DNA from: an uncultured bacterium
GTDB taxonomy: Bacteria; UBA8481
Direction: 5' to 3'
Assembly (NCBI GenBank): GCA_964499705.1
Contig: CAZCME010000025.1
Location: 1-61,961, forward strand
Length of the DNA stretch: 61,961 nt
In this document: piece by piece, positions 10,214 to 20,110 of the stretch
Numbering within the stretch: position 1 is the stretch's first letter
Layout of the letters: each line of letters begins with the position of its first letter
Made by a program: the position numbers and the translations under genes
The notes under the pieces: generated by a model
The model's database searches: none
What the model was told of the DNA's origin: nothing
The model's input: only the letters and a program-made list of their open reading frames with translations

Positions 10214-10654
10214 ATGACGGACCGCCCGATCAAAGTGCTCATCGCCAAGCCCGGCCTCGACGGCCATGACCGCGGCGCGCATGTCATCGTCCGCGCGCTT
10301 CGGGACGCGGGTATGGAAGTCGTCTACACCGGCATCCGCCAGACCCCGGAAAAGATCGCCGCGGTGGCCGTGGACGAGGACGTCGATGTCATCGGGCTCT
10401 CGTGCCTTTCGGGCGCGCACATGGAACTTTTTCCCCGCGTGCTGGCGCTTCTTGCGGAGAAGGGAAGAGGCGATATCCCCGTGCTGGCGGGCGGAACGAT
10501 TCCCGCCGCTGATGCGGAGGCTCTGAAAGCGGCCGGCATCCGGAGCGTCTTCGGGCCGGGCGCGAAGTTGTCGGAGATCGCGGATGTCGTGCGCGAAGCG
10601 GCCGCATTCCGGAGAAAATCCGCGACACAATCGTCCGCGAAGCAGGTCGCGTAA
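10214..10654 (+). CDS. Cobalamin-binding subunit of methylmalonyl-CoA mutase (stand-alone C-terminal domain)
   Basis: [12 protein letters not shown] (DxHxxG), GLSCLSGAH and LAGGTIP; adjacent to meaB and mce. Confidence 0.92.
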   Translation: MTDRPIKVLIAKPGLDGHDRGAHVIVRALRDAGMEVVYTGIRQTPEKIAAVAVDEDVDVIGLSCLSGAHMELFPRVLALLAEKGRGDIPVLAGGTIPAADAEALKAAGIRSVFGPGAKLSEIADVVREAAAFRRKSATQSSAKQVA

Positions 10655-10725
10655 TTCTTCCGAAGACCGGGACGTTTGACGGAGCATCCTTCATCGAGAA
10701 AGTTCGCGCTGGCGATAGAGCCGCG

Positions 10726-11628
10726 TTGTCCCGCGCGGTTTCCGAGATCGAAGAAGGGACGCCCGCCGGCTACGAAATCCTTCAGAGCTTCCCGGCCGTG
10801 GAGCCATGCGTCATCGGTTGGACCGGATGGCCGGGCGCCGGCAAGTCGTCGCTCATCGGGCGGATCGTCTCCGCGCGCCGCGTTCATTCACCAAATACGC
10901 GCATCGCGATCCTCGCCGTCGATCCATCGAGTTCTTTCACAGGCGGAGCGCTCCTTGGCGACCGCATCCGGATGGATGATCTCGCGCTCGACGATCGCGT
11001 CTACATCCGCTCGCTCGCGGCGCGCGGCGGCGGCGGAGCCTTATCGCCCGCGGTCATGCGGATCGCCCGGTTTCTCGCTTCCGCCGGCTTCTCCGAGATT
11101 CATATCGAGACCGTCGGCGCCGGCCAGTCCGACGTCCTGATCCGTTCCTACGCGGACTTGACCATCCTCGTCGTGCCCCCCCATGCGGGCGACGTCATCC
11201 AGGGATTGAAGGCGGGCATCCTGGAAATCGCGGATCTCTTCGTCGTGAACAAGTGCGATCTCGACGGAGCCTCCGCAACGGCGATGGCGCTGGAATCGGC
11301 CCTGACGGCCGGCGACAGCGACACGCAGGCTCCGGCGATCCTGCTGGCGTCGGCGAAGGAGATGCGCGGGATCGCCGAGATCGCGAACGAAGTCGAGTCC
11401 CGCCTTGTCGTCCTAGGAGAAACCGGCGCCGTTGAAAAACGGTGGATGCAGAGGCGGGAATCGGAATTCCGTGCGCAGCTCGCGGCGGATATGATGAAGC
11501 ACTTCGAACGAAGCGGCGCATTTGCGAAGATGGCCGAAGAGGTTCGAACGGGAGCCCGCTCTCCATGGAGCGCCGCGGCGGAAATATGCCGGGCGATCGA
11601 GGAAGCGGGGAGAGGACAGGGAAGATGA
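10726..11628 (+). CDS. meaB: Methylmalonyl-CoA mutase-associated GTPase MeaB/ArgK
   Basis: TGWPGAGKSS, AVDPSSSFTGGALLGDRIRM, IETVGAGQSD and VVNKCD. Homology appears to extend upstream of the first canonical start (see findings). Confidence 0.92.
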   Translation: MSRAVSEIEEGTPAGYEILQSFPAVEPCVIGWTGWPGAGKSSLIGRIVSARRVHSPNTRIAILAVDPSSSFTGGALLGDRIRMDDLALDDRVYIRSLAARGGGGALSPAVMRIARFLASAGFSEIHIETVGAGQSDVLIRSYADLTILVVPPHAGDVIQGLKAGILEIADLFVVNKCDLDGASATAMALESALTAGDSDTQAPAILLASAKEMRGIAEIANEVESRLVVLGETGAVEKRWMQRRESEFRAQLAADMMKHFERSGAFAKMAEEVRTGARSPWSAAAEICRAIEEAGRGQGR

Positions 11629-12026
11629 TTCAGGGAGTGAACCATATCGGTATTGCCGTGAAGGACATGGCGGCGGCCGTCGCCTTCTTCGAGAAGGGGC
11701 TCGGGCTTCGCCCTTCGGGTGAGGAGATCGTGGAGGATCAGTTCGTCCGAGTCGTCTTCTTCCATGTGGGCGGCGTGAAGATCGAGCTCCTCGAATCGAC
11801 GTCGCCCGACGGGCCGATCGGGAAGTACATCGCGAAAAAAGGTCCGGGCCTGCATCACCTTACTCTCTCGACCGACGGCATCGACGGCGACCTCGACAAG
11901 ATGAGAAGTGAAGGAATGCGCCTCATCGACAACCAATCCCGCGCGGGCGCTCATGGAACAAAGATCGCCTTCGTGCATCCTGAATCCACGGGAGGGTTTC
12001 TCCTCGAGTTGTGCGAGGAAGCCTAG
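11625..12026 (+). CDS. mce: Methylmalonyl-CoA epimerase
   Basis: NHIGIAV, KIELLE, GPGLHH and GAHGTKIAFVHPESTGGFLLELCE; ATGA overlap with meaB. Confidence 0.95.
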   Translation: MIQGVNHIGIAVKDMAAAVAFFEKGLGLRPSGEEIVEDQFVRVVFFHVGGVKIELLESTSPDGPIGKYIAKKGPGLHHLTLSTDGIDGDLDKMRSEGMRLIDNQSRAGAHGTKIAFVHPESTGGFLLELCEEA

Positions 12027-12718
12027 CGCTCCTTGCCGTCCCCCTCAATTGCCGCGGCCAGGTCCGTGTCGCCCGCGGCTCGATAGGCCTCGCCGAGCCA
12101 GCGGCGCGCCAGGGGAAGCGCGGGCTGTTTCTGGAGCGCGCTCCAGAAATCCCGGATGGATTCTTCGATGCGACCGTCGTGAAATTCCGCGAGGCCCTGC
12201 AGCAGCAATGTCTCCGCCGTGGGATTGTCGATCGTTCCGGTCGGCGCGGCACGGGGAACCAGGCGAGCGAGAGCCAGGGCCGCGCTGTCGCCTAGCGCCC
12301 GAGCGAAAGGGTGCAGTTCCGCTTCGGAAGCAAGTATTGTCCAGGTTCCCATGACTTCTCCACCGGCGCTATGGAGAATTCGCATGCCGACAAGATATCG
12401 GGCCGGTTCCGCTTTCGTCATGGTGACGATGACGAGGTATTTCGCGCCACGGATTCTTGGCGTCGCTTCTGTCGCGGGAAGTCCCGCTTTCTTCTGTAGA
12501 GCGAGTTCGGCGAGAATCGGATCAAGGTCGGCCCGAGACAATGTTTCATGGCCGCCTTCCGAAAGCCTGTCCTCCACGACGTCGGCTATGCCCTGCGCGA
12601 GGTTGATGAGCTCCGTGTCGCCGTCAGGCATGACCGCGATCGTTCTGGATTCGGGGGCGGACAGCGCTGTCGTGGCCGCGAAGACGCCTAGTACCGCGAA
12701 CCCGCGCATGGAAATCAT
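12023..12718 (-). CDS. Exported CsgG/FlgO-like domain protein with C-terminal TPR
   Basis: Signal peptide, TIAVMP strand, LSRADLDPILAELAL helix motif, GAKYLVI and one TPR pair at the C-terminus. Confidence 0.65.
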   Translation of the reverse strand: MISMRGFAVLGVFAATTALSAPESRTIAVMPDGDTELINLAQGIADVVEDRLSEGGHETLSRADLDPILAELALQKKAGLPATEATPRIRGAKYLVIVTMTKAEPARYLVGMRILHSAGGEVMGTWTILASEAELHPFARALGDSAALALARLVPRAAPTGTIDNPTAETLLLQGLAEFHDGRIEESIRDFWSALQKQPALPLARRWLGEAYRAAGDTDLAAAIEGDGKER

Positions 12719-15588
12719 GGAGCGGCTCCTTCGAAATCAGGACGCATCAGCGTCGCGGTCCATAATCCCTCCTCGCGCTGGGCGTTCCAGAGAATTTCGA
12801 GCCCGTCGTCCGTCTCGCGGAAATCGGACCAGAACGGCGAACCGAAGAGAAAGGGAACCGCGAGGAGCCAATGAGACCAGGTTCGTCCTTCGTCATCGGA
12901 GCGCGCCACCATCAGAGGTCCCACGGATTTCCACGCGCAATAGAGCCCTCTGTCGCGGCCGCGTCTCAGCCGGACGGATTGCACGGGATACTTCGGGTCG
13001 TCGTTGACGAAGGAGAGAAACCGCGCATCGCCGTTCATTTCGATGGAATGGATCGCGACCTTCTGGCCGCCATCGACCGAGAGGAGGTTGGCCGCCAGCA
13101 GAACGTTTTCGCCGGCGCCCGACGTGAGAGCGACATCGCCAAGTGGAATCAGTCCCTGCGCGGGCCGCGGACGATGGGCCTGGCCGGGCCCCAAGGCGAT
13201 CTCCGCCGGAGCGCTCCAGCGGATTCCGTCCACGGATCGCGACAGAAGGATGCGGTCCGTCGAGCTGTATAAAGTGGCGGGATCGTGGCGAACGAGCGCG
13301 AGGTGGAAGGTGCCCTTGTCCGTCACGTGAAGATCGAGGTTTGAGGGGCGCATTTCGAAAATTCTTCGAGCGGGAGTCCACTGGAATCCGTCGGATGATT
13401 GGGAATACCAGACGCCGACTTGCGATGAATCGGCTCCTGAAGCGGCACGCACCCAGGCTAGGTGAAATTGGAAGTCGGGGCCGAAGACGAGACTGGGAGA
13501 GATGTCGGTCGCATCGCGGCTGAAGGGGAAGCGAAACGTCGATGAGGGCGAATCCGGATGTAGTACGTGCAGAACGGACGAACCGGCTTCTTCCACCGTG
13601 TAGACGATCAGGCGAGGACCATCAGGATCGCAGGCTTGGCTGATCCTGCCGATGCGTCCCGGCGCGAGGACGCGCGGCGTCGAAAGCTCGGTCCATGGAG
13701 AAAAATAGAGGTAGCTGCGTCGTCGTGCGGCGATTTCGATCGTGCGGGACTGAACCTTACCGTTGGACTCCAGGCGGGCCTCGTAAGTCCCTGCCAGCAG
13801 ATCGCGTTCGCCGAAATAAAGTTCCTTCGTCAACTCGTCGCTTCCGATGAAGCACCGTGCCTCCTTCGGTGCGGTATAGAACGACAAGTGGCCGGTGGGG
13901 CGGGCAGCATCGACCGATGAGGCGTTGTCAGCCAGAGCAAACCGGACGGACCAGTCCGTCGGCCGAGCCGCCTGATCCATGACCGCTTCCAGCACCAGGC
14001 TGCGAATATCGGACGGAAGCCGATACTCTTTTCGAATCCTGATGATGCTTCCTCGAGTTTCCACCGAGATGTCCGCGGGAAGAAAATGCTCGGGGTAGGC
14101 AAACGGATCGTCGAGCCCTCCCACGCGCACCATGCCTGTCCGCACGAATCCGGGATATTGGTAAGGTTCGATCACATGCTCGTATTCCCGGGACTCCAGC
14201 GGAGCGGATTGCGTGATCGTGAATCCAGCGATTCGTTTTCCGTCGGGCGCCGCGAATGCGTACACTTCGCCTTCGCCCGGCGCCGCGCCTTGCGTGAAGA
14301 GATCGTCATTCCCGCGTACAAAATTGAGATGCCGTACGGCCAGAGGCTGCGGCCTCATGGATGACGTACGTTCAAACACGGGATCCGTATCGGAGATCGT
14401 GACGACGCCGGACACAAGGGGATGCCCGCCGTTCTGTATGATCGCGGCCGCCGCCGTATGCAGCAGGGCGAAGATCCGGTCCCGCGGATTCGTGTGCGAC
14501 CGAGATGCGGCATTATAGAATACGGCGCGCGCTCCGCCGCGATTCACCGTCGTCGCTTCCGGAAAAGCATAGGTCGTATCCGCAACCGCCTCAAGGGAGG
14601 CGGCCTGCCGCAGAGCGTCGAACGCGCGTTCCGGATCGCCCTGCGAGAGCCGGATGCGTCCCAGCTCGACGAAGGACCATTGCCTCCGGTCCGCGGCATC
14701 TCCCGTCTCCTGGGCCGAACGCAGGTAGGCTTCGAGATATTCCGCCGCCTCGTCCGATCGGCCGTGGGAAATTTCCAGGAGCGCGAGGAGACGCATCGCG
14801 GGATGCCTTACGGCGGGCGGAGCATCGAGACATTTCCGGAGCGTCGCGTCCGCAAGTCGATCCTCGCTCATGTCCATGTAGATGCGTCCTTCCCACAGCC
14901 GGGCGGCCGGAAACGCCGGACTGAGGCTGCGGGCTTTTCTGATCTTGAACAGTGCGCCCGGCAGATCTCCCCGCCGCAGGATGGAAAGACCGTCATAGAG
15001 TTCCTTCGCCGCGTCGAGATTCCGGGTCGGCGCTTCCCAGAGGGGCGAGGACACTTTTCCTTCCAGGAGGTGTGCCGCCAGCTCATGCGCCAGGCTCATC
15101 GCTTCGGCGACGGGTCGCTCCGCCGTGACGCTCTGCAACTGCGATCCGTCCGACACCCGGATGCGGCGCAGCACGACCTTGACGCGCCCCTCGACAATTT
15201 CAAAGGAACCCGTGATCGCTTCATCGATGGCGCTTGCCGCGGCGGCGCTGCCCTGTTCTTCGAGGAGCCCGAACCGCGCGAGCTCTCTTTCCTGCAGGAG
15301 CGCACCGAGATGTCCGCGCTCGTACAATCGATATTGCCCGGAAACGGCGAGCGCTTCGCCGACGAGATCGGGGAGCGCTTCCGAGAGCCATCTCCATTCG
15401 TCGCCGCCGTTTCTCTGCCGGAAGGGAATAACCGCGACGCGCGGCCCTTCCGCGGCGGCCCCGGGAATCCACAGGCCGTGCCCGCCCGTTCCCTTGCGGT
15501 AGGAACCGCCGGACAGCAGGAGAATGGACAGAACGAGGAGCGCGCCGAGGCGGCGAATCCATGTCCGTCTCGGTGCTGGGAATCCCAC
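12715..15588 (-). CDS. Large exported protein: CsgG/FlgO-like domain, TPRs, PEGA-like segment and Asp-box (BNR/sialidase-like) propeller
   Basis: RVAVIPF...LYERGHLGALLQE, TPR-like helices, and Asp-boxes SSDGFQW, SVDGIRW and SDDEGRTW. The start is uncertain: the ORF is open to 15849, and GTG 15588 precedes the hydrophobic signal segment. Confidence 0.7.
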   Translation of the reverse strand: MGFPAPRRTWIRRLGALLVLSILLLSGGSYRKGTGGHGLWIPGAAAEGPRVAVIPFRQRNGGDEWRWLSEALPDLVGEALAVSGQYRLYERGHLGALLQERELARFGLLEEQGSAAAASAIDEAITGSFEIVEGRVKVVLRRIRVSDGSQLQSVTAERPVAEAMSLAHELAAHLLEGKVSSPLWEAPTRNLDAAKELYDGLSILRRGDLPGALFKIRKARSLSPAFPAARLWEGRIYMDMSEDRLADATLRKCLDAPPAVRHPAMRLLALLEISHGRSDEAAEYLEAYLRSAQETGDAADRRQWSFVELGRIRLSQGDPERAFDALRQAASLEAVADTTYAFPEATTVNRGGARAVFYNAASRSHTNPRDRIFALLHTAAAAIIQNGGHPLVSGVVTISDTDPVFERTSSMRPQPLAVRHLNFVRGNDDLFTQGAAPGEGEVYAFAAPDGKRIAGFTITQSAPLESREYEHVIEPYQYPGFVRTGMVRVGGLDDPFAYPEHFLPADISVETRGSIIRIRKEYRLPSDIRSLVLEAVMDQAARPTDWSVRFALADNASSVDAARPTGHLSFYTAPKEARCFIGSDELTKELYFGERDLLAGTYEARLESNGKVQSRTIEIAARRRSYLYFSPWTELSTPRVLAPGRIGRISQACDPDGPRLIVYTVEEAGSSVLHVLHPDSPSSTFRFPFSRDATDISPSLVFGPDFQFHLAWVRAASGADSSQVGVWYSQSSDGFQWTPARRIFEMRPSNLDLHVTDKGTFHLALVRHDPATLYSSTDRILLSRSVDGIRWSAPAEIALGPGQAHRPRPAQGLIPLGDVALTSGAGENVLLAANLLSVDGGQKVAIHSIEMNGDARFLSFVNDDPKYPVQSVRLRRGRDRGLYCAWKSVGPLMVARSDDEGRTWSHWLLAVPFLFGSPFWSDFRETDDGLEILWNAQREEGLWTATLMRPDFEGAAP

Positions 15589-15652
15589 CTTGCGGGAAGA
15601 ATCCGCTGAGATGTGATGAGGCGCGAGAGTCAGAAAATATCCCGCGGGAAAA

Positions 15653-16732
15653 TTATTGCGGTGTCTCCGTGGATGCGCCAGACGCGGCCACCGGAGCAGG
15701 GGCTGGAGCGGGATGCGACGCGTTCCAGCGGCGGACAAACTCCGGGATGATCCGGAGAGAGAGTTTTTCCGTGGCGCGCGAGAGAGCCGCCTTCGCGGCC
15801 TGGAAGACGGAGACGTCGACGGCCCTGTTTTCCTCGTCGCCTGCCGCAATGATTTTTCCGGAGACGGGATCGATGACCTTGATCTCCACGCGTCCGGCGC
15901 ATGACCGGAGCTCGCCGCGCCGCGCCAGGTCGGAGGACACAGCTTCGACGTGGACGATCAGATCGGCCTTTTCCGTGTTCGCGGAAGCGCCGGGATCCTG
16001 AGTGAAGATCTGGAAACCGGCGGCCTTCATCAGCGAGAGAATCTTCATCTCGCTGGCCGGATCCGACGTGCGCGATTCGTGGTGCGTTTCGTTGACCTTA
16101 ATGTAGATCCCCGGGAGCTTCATGCCCTGGAGCGAGTCCAGGAGTTCCGTGACGGGATCCGCCTGTTCCCTGGTCCGGGGCAGAAGTGTGGCGGCCTTCG
16201 TTCCGATGAATTCCTCGATGCGTCGCGCCAATTTCGTTACGGCGCCGGGAAGTTCGCCGTCAGCACCGATCGATTCCTTGAAGGCGGTCAGCTTGGATGT
16301 TTCCACGGAGACGAGCTTAATGGTGATCATGGTATTGTCCGACGCAACGCGGACGACGCGGCCGAAGAGGTAGAATTTCGCGCCCGCAAGCTGCGCGACT
16401 TTTACCGCTTCGTCCTCGGCGGTGAGGCCGGACATCGAGGTCGCCTGTTCCGAAAAGAGCGATTCGATCTGCTCACGATCCACCAGCCTCAGCGTATTGA
16501 GTCGTGACAACTGCTCGTACATGATATCCGTCGAGGCTTCGGCGTATTCCTGCTCCTTGGCGCCGCGTCCCGTGAAGGGGATGAGCGCTGTCGCGTAGAC
16601 CGTCTTCGCGGCCGGTCCTGCCGCGGTGGCACGAGCCGTGTCGACGGCCGCCGCCGGTTCTTCGGCAAACGTCACGGTTGGTGTGATGAGAAGCAGGAGC
16701 GCGAGATAAACAGCACGACGAGGGACAAGCAT
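15653..16732 (-). CDS. Exported CsgG/HfaB-like protein
   Basis: GGAGG RBS, signal peptide, ALIPF...LVDREQIESLFSEQ...KVAQLAGAKFYLFG...IKLVSVETS, and a second alpha/beta domain. Confidence 0.75.
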   Translation of the reverse strand: MLVPRRAVYLALLLLITPTVTFAEEPAAAVDTARATAAGPAAKTVYATALIPFTGRGAKEQEYAEASTDIMYEQLSRLNTLRLVDREQIESLFSEQATSMSGLTAEDEAVKVAQLAGAKFYLFGRVVRVASDNTMITIKLVSVETSKLTAFKESIGADGELPGAVTKLARRIEEFIGTKAATLLPRTREQADPVTELLDSLQGMKLPGIYIKVNETHHESRTSDPASEMKILSLMKAAGFQIFTQDPGASANTEKADLIVHVEAVSSDLARRGELRSCAGRVEIKVIDPVSGKIIAAGDEENRAVDVSVFQAAKAALSRATEKLSLRIIPEFVRRWNASHPAPAPAPVAASGASTETPQ

Positions 16733-16860
16733 GGGCCACCTCCACAGGTACGGCCATTATTCGCCGCGCGGTTCCCGGCGTCAAATGCCGTTTGCCGGAG
16801 TTCGCCGGCTTGTTTCACTGGTCTCGGATCGTGATTGCCGCTACAAAGGTCCGGCTCCTG

Positions 16861-18468
16861 ATGATGATTCCGATGGCCTTATCTTCAAGGTGGGCGCGAT
16901 TTCCGTCATGGTTCGTGGTGTGCGTCCTGTTCTTCGCGCCCTGCGCGGTCCGTGCAGACGATACCGTCACCGTCACCATTCTCTATACGGCGGGCAACAA
17001 GGGATATTTTCTGCCCTTCAAGGTTTACGAAAGCCGGATCTTCAAGGGTCTCACATTGAAGCCGGGCGATCGATACGGGGGATATGCCGTCCTCGCGCAC
17101 TATGTGAAGGAAGCGCGCGCGCAAGCGCTCCGCCGCAAGGGGATCCTGGTACTCGTCGACGGAGGAAATTCGCTGGTCGGAAGTTCGGAAGCGAATTTCT
17201 TCAAGGGAAATGTCAGCGTCGATTTCATGAATCGCGTGGGGTATGACGCGATCACCGTTTCCAATCTCGACTTCTCCCTCGGCCGCGACGTGGTCGAGGC
17301 CTGCGCCGGGAAAGCCACGTTCCCTTTCTTGAACGCCAATCTCTTCGAGACTCGGACGGAACAGCCTCCTTCTTTTCTGAAGCGCCATACCTTGATCGAA
17401 AGGGAAGGCGTCAAGATCGGGATCGTCGGTTATGCCCAGAGCAACATGCGGGGGTGGCTCGATCCCCGGACCATCGCGGGGCTGGCGGCGCGGCCGGCCG
17501 CGCCCCTTGTCCAGCGCTGCGTGGATGAATTGCGCGCGGCGGGCGCGGAGCTAGTCGTTGCCGTCGATCATACCGCCGGAGAGAACATGAAAGCGATCGC
17601 CGCAAACGTGCGGGGGATCGATGTTCTCATAGACGGAGCGGTTGAATGGGCCAGCGTCTACACCACGACATTCTCACTGGGGGCGCCGGAGCAGATCGGA
17701 AACACCGTGATCTATCCCGAGGTCGATGCTCACTTCGGCATCGGCCGGATCGACCTGGTGATCGATCGCGGAACGAGGCGGATCGTGAGCAGGAAGAGCG
17801 AGATCCGGTTTCTGAACCTGGCTGAGGACGCGGAGGATCCTGCGATGAAGAATTTCGTCGCCAAGTATTCCGAAATCTACTTCGACGTGATCGGCAACAA
17901 GCTTGAGGAAGTGATCGGATACGCCACGGCCGATCTCACGACCGAATGGGACGAGGCCTGGACCACTCCGCTCGGGACCCTTGTCTGCGACGCGCTCCGC
18001 GAACGCGCGGGAACGGATTTTGGCATCCAGAACGTCGGCGGTATCCGCCGGTACATCAGGAAAGGGCCGATTCGCATCGCCGATGTCCGCGACGCGCTGC
18101 CGTTCGAGAACACCATCGTGACGTTCGAAGTACTGGGCCGGGATCTCGATGAACTGTATGCCCTGCGGTTGATCGCTCCGACAAAACCCGCCGTTCCGTG
18201 GATCTATGTTTCCGGGGCCACTCTGGAGCGGGACTCGGGCCTGGCCGTCCGGCGCGTCAGGATCCTGGGAAAGAATCCCGAACCTGACCGCGTGTATACG
18301 TTTGCCACGAACAGCTACTTCCATGCTGCGGGCTATCTGATCGATGCTCGATGCAGAAATATCAAAGTGCTCGATATTCCCGTTGCCGACGCTGTCGCCG
18401 ACTACGTTCGCGGGCATTCCCCCCTGTCGCCGACCGGGAGGGAAGTCGGGACGCATTATGAGCACTGA
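16861..18468 (+). CDS. 5'-nucleotidase/UshA-like two-domain protein with degenerate metal-binding motifs
   Basis: Fold landmarks FMNRVGYDA, FPFLNAN, GVKIGIVG, QNVGGIR, LPFENTI, VSG and YTFATNSY, plus a signal peptide. Metal ligands are substituted (see findings). Confidence 0.85.
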   Translation: MMIPMALSSRWARFPSWFVVCVLFFAPCAVRADDTVTVTILYTAGNKGYFLPFKVYESRIFKGLTLKPGDRYGGYAVLAHYVKEARAQALRRKGILVLVDGGNSLVGSSEANFFKGNVSVDFMNRVGYDAITVSNLDFSLGRDVVEACAGKATFPFLNANLFETRTEQPPSFLKRHTLIEREGVKIGIVGYAQSNMRGWLDPRTIAGLAARPAAPLVQRCVDELRAAGAELVVAVDHTAGENMKAIAANVRGIDVLIDGAVEWASVYTTTFSLGAPEQIGNTVIYPEVDAHFGIGRIDLVIDRGTRRIVSRKSEIRFLNLAEDAEDPAMKNFVAKYSEIYFDVIGNKLEEVIGYATADLTTEWDEAWTTPLGTLVCDALRERAGTDFGIQNVGGIRRYIRKGPIRIADVRDALPFENTIVTFEVLGRDLDELYALRLIAPTKPAVPWIYVSGATLERDSGLAVRRVRILGKNPEPDRVYTFATNSYFHAAGYLIDARCRNIKVLDIPVADAVADYVRGHSPLSPTGREVGTHYEH

Positions 18469-20089
18469 CCTTCGTGCCGCGGCATTGCGAAGAATTCTGA
18501 TCGCGGCGGCCTTGTGCCTTTTCGTCACGACAAATTGTCCGGCCGAACCCGTCCGGATCGCGATCGTCCCCTTCGACAATCTCACGGATCAGGCCTCGGG
18601 CGACGAATGCGCCGAGCTTGTCTTTCACTATGCCGTCACGGAGCTGTCGCGATTCGGCGGCATCGAATTGTTCGAGCGGCAACGCGCGGACCTGATTCTG
18701 CGCGAGCGCTTCATGGCGAGCGCCGATCCCGGACGATTCCGAACGTATCCGCCAGTTGACCTCGTGATATTCGGCTCGATTCGCATGGACGAAACGGCGG
18801 GGCGCGCGATAATCCACGCGACGGTGGAGGATATCCGAGCGGAGTCCTCCTCCGTTAGTGTGGAAGTGATCGCTCCCCTGGCATCATGGTCGAATGAAGA
18901 TCTGGATTCGACGGCGCGTTCGATCTTCAGGGACCGCATCGGCGGGCTCTACCGCTGGCCGCTCGGAGAAACCGGGTCCCGCGGGACATACGCGGGAAGG
19001 AAGATCGCCATGACAGCCTTCAACAACTACGGCGGCGACGAAAATTTCGATCCTCTCCAGAAAGGGATCATCTACCTGGCGGCGGAGAATCTCGCGCGCG
19101 TACAGGGGGTGTCGGTGATCGAGCGAGAGGAACTGGTGAAGGTGCTTGATGAAAAGCGGATGGGTTCATTCAGCCACGATTTCGAGCCGTTTGAGCTCCT
19201 GTCGGCGGATCTTGTCGTGACGGGATGCATGAGCGCGACGCCGCGGACTTTCCGGCTGGATGCCCGGATCATCGACGTCCGCACATCGGAGATTGTCGCG
19301 TCCTTCTACAGCGAGGCGGCGCGGAATGATATCCTGCCCGTGATCACGGATGTGATGGAAATGATCGCGCGCGAGTTGTCCAGGGATTCGCGTTCCGCCG
19401 CCACGGACAAGTTTGACACGGATAGGACCGAACGAGTCGTTTCCTTCCCTTCCTCGCAGGAGGCGCTTCTCCATTATGCACGCGGCGCGCAATTCTATGA
19501 CCGGGGAGACTACCTGGCGTCGATCGAGTCGATCGAGCGCGCGCTCACTGTCGATCCGGATTTCACATTCGGCAGGTGGGAGGCGGGGCGCATTTATGAA
19601 AAATATCTGGGGCGTCATGAAAAGGCCGCCGAAGCATACAGGATGGTCCTCGCCGATGACCCGGACAGCGCGCTCAGAGAGAAGACCCTGATGAGGCTCG
19701 GCATGCTCTGTTACCGCAGGCTGGGGAGACCCGGCGATGCCGCGGTATTCCTTTCGCGGCTTTTGCGGGATTTTCCTGAAACGATCTATGGCGATCTCGC
19801 AGGTTATGCGCTCGGTCATTCGCTCCAGCAGACGGGCGAATACCGGCTCGCGGTCGCCGCCTATGAGAAAGCCCTGGCGTATGCGGCATACTCCCCCTTG
19901 AAAGGCAGTCTCCTCATCCGGCGCGGGCAGTGTCTTCTTGAATTGGAGGAATTCGAAAAGGCGCGCCAATCGTTCGAAACCGCCATCTCCGGGCACGGCT
20001 CGGAAATCTTCCAGGCGTCCACCGAACAAGGTCAGACGACGATCCGGGAAGAAGCGTCGCGCTGGAAAATCCTGATGCAGGCGCCATGA
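18458..20089 (+). CDS. Exported protein with two CsgG/FlgO-like domains and C-terminal TPRs
   Basis: IAIVPFDN...LFERQRADLILRE and IAMTAFNN...VIEREELVKVLDE...RLDARIIDVRTSEI, then several TPRs; overlaps the upstream gene. Confidence 0.75.
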   Translation: MSTDLRAAALRRILIAAALCLFVTTNCPAEPVRIAIVPFDNLTDQASGDECAELVFHYAVTELSRFGGIELFERQRADLILRERFMASADPGRFRTYPPVDLVIFGSIRMDETAGRAIIHATVEDIRAESSSVSVEVIAPLASWSNEDLDSTARSIFRDRIGGLYRWPLGETGSRGTYAGRKIAMTAFNNYGGDENFDPLQKGIIYLAAENLARVQGVSVIEREELVKVLDEKRMGSFSHDFEPFELLSADLVVTGCMSATPRTFRLDARIIDVRTSEIVASFYSEAARNDILPVITDVMEMIARELSRDSRSAATDKFDTDRTERVVSFPSSQEALLHYARGAQFYDRGDYLASIESIERALTVDPDFTFGRWEAGRIYEKYLGRHEKAAEAYRMVLADDPDSALREKTLMRLGMLCYRRLGRPGDAAVFLSRLLRDFPETIYGDLAGYALGHSLQQTGEYRLAVAAYEKALAYAAYSPLKGSLLIRRGQCLLELEEFEKARQSFETAISGHGSEIFQASTEQGQTTIREEASRWKILMQAP

Positions 20090-20110
20090 GGCGATCGCGG
20101 TCCCGGATGA

